A DNA stretch of 64,000 nt. It comes from an uncultured Lachnospiraceae bacterium (GTDB lineage: Bacteria; Bacillota; Clostridia; Lachnospirales; Lachnospiraceae). Location: positions 3,675 to 67,674 of the forward strand of contig CAJUFE010000014.1 of the NCBI GenBank assembly GCA_910585635.1. The letters are read 5' to 3'. The notes below the pieces were generated by a model. It had not been told where the DNA came from. It saw nothing but the letters and a program-made list of their open reading frames with translations, and made no database searches. The translations under genes and the position numbers were made by a program. Positions 61,651-64,000 of the stretch are shown one piece after another; within the stretch, counting starts at the first letter, position 1, and each line of letters begins with the position of its first letter.

Positions 61651-63672
61651 ATGTCCACCACAGAAAAACCGGCAAAAAAACGATATCAAGTGTTCATCGC
61701 CTGCTTAAACCCCTATATACGGATCGAATTCCAGGATTACCTCCAGTCCCTCCTGGGCGGATATATCACTTTCGACGCCTGGGATCTGGCAGAGATGACC
61801 GATCCATGCCAGCTGGAGCCGTACCAGTGTATCCTGTTTTCCAGCCAGCTGGTCCAGCAGACCTTCCCGTTGAAGATCCCGGAGCAGATCGCCCAGATCG
61901 TCTGCACCAGGACCTTTAACCATGCCTTTTTAGACCAGATCATCCAGATCCCGCCCGGCGAAAAGGTGTATGTGATCAATGACTCCCTGGACCCGGCCCT
62001 GAACATCATCGAGCAGTTCCAGAGCTTCGGGATCACCCAGTATGCGTTCATCCCCTATGCCGGCGATACCCAGAGGATTGACTTTTCTGTCCGCTACGCC
62101 ATCACCATGGGGGAGCCTCAGCTGGTCCCGGACCATGTGCGCAATATCATCAATATCGGGAACCGGATCATCGACATCTCGACGGTCAATGAGCTGTGCG
62201 TCCTCTTCCACCTTCCCGCTGAGATCGGGAATAAGATCACCAGCAATTATATCTCCCATATCATCAAGGTGGTCAAAGCAGCGGGGAATTACTACAGCAG
62301 CTTTGTGACCTCCCAGCAGCTTTTGCTGGCCACGGTCTCCAATCTCCCTTTGAGCATCTGTCTGCTGGACGACCATGGGGATATCCTGCTGGTGAACAAG
62401 CACTTCGCGGCGGACGGGGGCTTTTCGGAGAAGAACGCCGCAGGGAAGTCTCTGGCCTCTTTTCTGCCAAAGACCCAGCCTCCCCTCTCCTTTGACCGGA
62501 CCGCAGACCATCGGATCAAGACTGTGGACGGCCATCTCCTGTTCTTGAGCGTATTGGAGCTTTCCCTGCCCGGCCATACCCATGTATTCCTCCTGATCGG
62601 GAAGAAGGCTGTGACAGACAGCCAGGATGATGCGCCTCCCCACCTTTTTTCCGAGAAGGCGCTCTTCGTAGACCACCCGACCGCAAAAGAGCAGACCGAC
62701 GGGGGCTCGCCCATCGAGCGCCAGCGGAACATCTTTTTCGACCTCTTGACCTGCTCTGCCCGGTTCCAGGCTGTCCTGGCCCATGCCAAGCGGATGTCCC
62801 TGTATGACTTCCCCATCCTGATCCAGGGAGAGGAGGGGACCCAGAAAAAAATGCTGGCACGGGCGATCCATGAAAGCTCTGCCAGAAGGAACCAGCCCTT
62901 TATCAGCCTGAACCAGATGCTCTCGCTTTCCGGGCTATCCTTTCCGGAGATCCTAAAAGAAGCCGGGCACGGGACCCTGCTGATCGACCGGATCGAACAT
63001 CTCTCCCCCCAGATGCAGGAGGATCTGGTCCAGGTGCTGGAAAATCTCTCCGGCTATCCCATGACCTCCTATCCTGCCTGTGATGTCCGGATCATCGCCA
63101 CCTCCTGCACCGATCTCTATGCTCTGGCACGGGAAGGCGCTTTCCGGCAGGACCTGTTCTTCCAGCTGAGCACAGCGGTCCTGGAGACCGTCCCTTTAAA
63201 GGACAGACGGGAGGATATCCCCCTGCTCCTAGAGCACTTTTTCCAGAGCATGTTCCACGACCCCAAGTTCCACAGCGAGGCGATCCTGTCCAAGAGCCTG
63301 TACCAGTTCCTCCTGCGCTACGATTATCCGGGCAACGTGCAGGAGCTGATGAACATCGCTCAGCACCTGTTCTCCATGTATGCGGCCCATCCGCTGATCC
63401 TGTCCCAGCTGCCTGCCTACATCCGGAGCAGCCTTTCCATGACAGAGAACAGCCGCAGCGCGCTGAAGAAGGAGGTGCTGGCGGTCATCAAGAACACCCC
63501 CAGGGCCGGACGTGCCGCCATACAAAAAGCCCTGGCCGGCTCCGGCATCGAGATCAGCGACGGAAAGCTGCGAGGGCTTTTGAAAGAATTAGCAGAGGAT
63601 GACCTGATCTTGATCCACCGCACCAAGGGCGGCTGTGAGATCACGGAAGCCGGGCTGGCTATGCTGGTATGA
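61651..63672 (+). CDS. PAS-containing regulator with a degenerate sigma-54 activator (AAA+) domain and C-terminal winged HTH
   Basis: PILIQGEEGTQK, R..QPF, DVRIIAT..DL, FRQDLFFQL, PLKDRREDIP, YDYPGNVQEL; no GAFTGA. Confidence 0.8.
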   Translation: MSTTEKPAKKRYQVFIACLNPYIRIEFQDYLQSLLGGYITFDAWDLAEMTDPCQLEPYQCILFSSQLVQQTFPLKIPEQIAQIVCTRTFNHAFLDQIIQIPPGEKVYVINDSLDPALNIIEQFQSFGITQYAFIPYAGDTQRIDFSVRYAITMGEPQLVPDHVRNIINIGNRIIDISTVNELCVLFHLPAEIGNKITSNYISHIIKVVKAAGNYYSSFVTSQQLLLATVSNLPLSICLLDDHGDILLVNKHFAADGGFSEKNAAGKSLASFLPKTQPPLSFDRTADHRIKTVDGHLLFLSVLELSLPGHTHVFLLIGKKAVTDSQDDAPPHLFSEKALFVDHPTAKEQTDGGSPIERQRNIFFDLLTCSARFQAVLAHAKRMSLYDFPILIQGEEGTQKKMLARAIHESSARRNQPFISLNQMLSLSGLSFPEILKEAGHGTLLIDRIEHLSPQMQEDLVQVLENLSGYPMTSYPACDVRIIATSCTDLYALAREGAFRQDLFFQLSTAVLETVPLKDRREDIPLLLEHFFQSMFHDPKFHSEAILSKSLYQFLLRYDYPGNVQELMNIAQHLFSMYAAHPLILSQLPAYIRSSLSMTENSRSALKKEVLAVIKNTPRAGRAAIQKALAGSGIEISDGKLRGLLKELAEDDLILIHRTKGGCEITEAGLAMLV

Positions 63673-63683
63673 ACGCTGCAGCA

Positions 63684-64000
63684 TCATCGCAGCAGCTCCG
63701 GGAGCAGGTCAGCCAGGCTGTAGTAGATCTCCCCATGGATCCCCGCGGTCTGCCCGGCGCACACCATGGAATTTAGGATCGCCTCATGGGTGGCCTCCGC
63801 CGCTGCCTGGAAGGCCTGGTCGATCAGGTCCTCATGGAGGATGGTCTGCCGGAGGAGCTTCCTGGACTTTTCGTGGGGGATCCTGTTCGCTGTGGTGAAC
63901 CCGATCATCACCTCGCCGCTCCCATGGCCGGTATAAGCGCCCGTGCGGGCGATCCCCACACCGGCGCGGCGGATGATCCGCTCCAGCTGCCGGTGGGACA
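63684..64000 (-). CDS. DmpA/P1 (S58) family aminopeptidase, 5'-partial
   Basis: GIARTG...GSGE...GFTTAN autocleavage region, FQAAAEATHEAILNS. Confidence 0.85.
   Translation of the reverse strand, partial: SHRQLERIIRRAGVGIARTGAYTGHGSGEVMIGFTTANRIPHEKSRKLLRQTILHEDLIDQAFQAAAEATHEAILNSMVCAGQTAGIHGEIYYSLADLLPELLR

Overview
Chromosomal segment of a moderately GC-rich (~55%) Clostridia/Lachnospiraceae-like bacterium; the taxonomy is inferred from gene content. Housekeeping and metabolic genes include rsmF-like, ylbJ-like, coaD, rsmD, nifJ/por, pyrBI, a lacZ-GPH-AraC module, a GH36 alpha-galactosidase, and a Gsi/Dpp-type peptide ABC operon with a DmpA-like peptidase. The main accessory feature is a ~24 kb co-oriented monoderm Tad/Flp pilus locus (31.4-54.6 kb, minus strand). 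It carries its own Ser/Thr kinase, PP2C phosphatase and FHA protein, two prepilin peptidases, two paralogous modular cell-wall-anchored surface proteins, and a divergent XRE regulator with twin operators. The most striking item is a TadE-type pseudopilin whose C-terminal domain looks like a CdiA EC869-type PD-(D/E)xK DNase toxin with the catalytic residues erased, a candidate pilus-tip DNA receptor. Also present: a ~750 bp insertion with a frameshifted DUF4160 toxin and intact DUF2442 antitoxin, bracketed by an 88 bp duplication of the host gene 3' end; an orphan hicB with its operator; unannotated small ORFs; and strong GATC over-representation. No CRISPR array, tRNA, rRNA, transposase or integrase was recognised. 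All family assignments come from reading motifs by eye, not from database searches.
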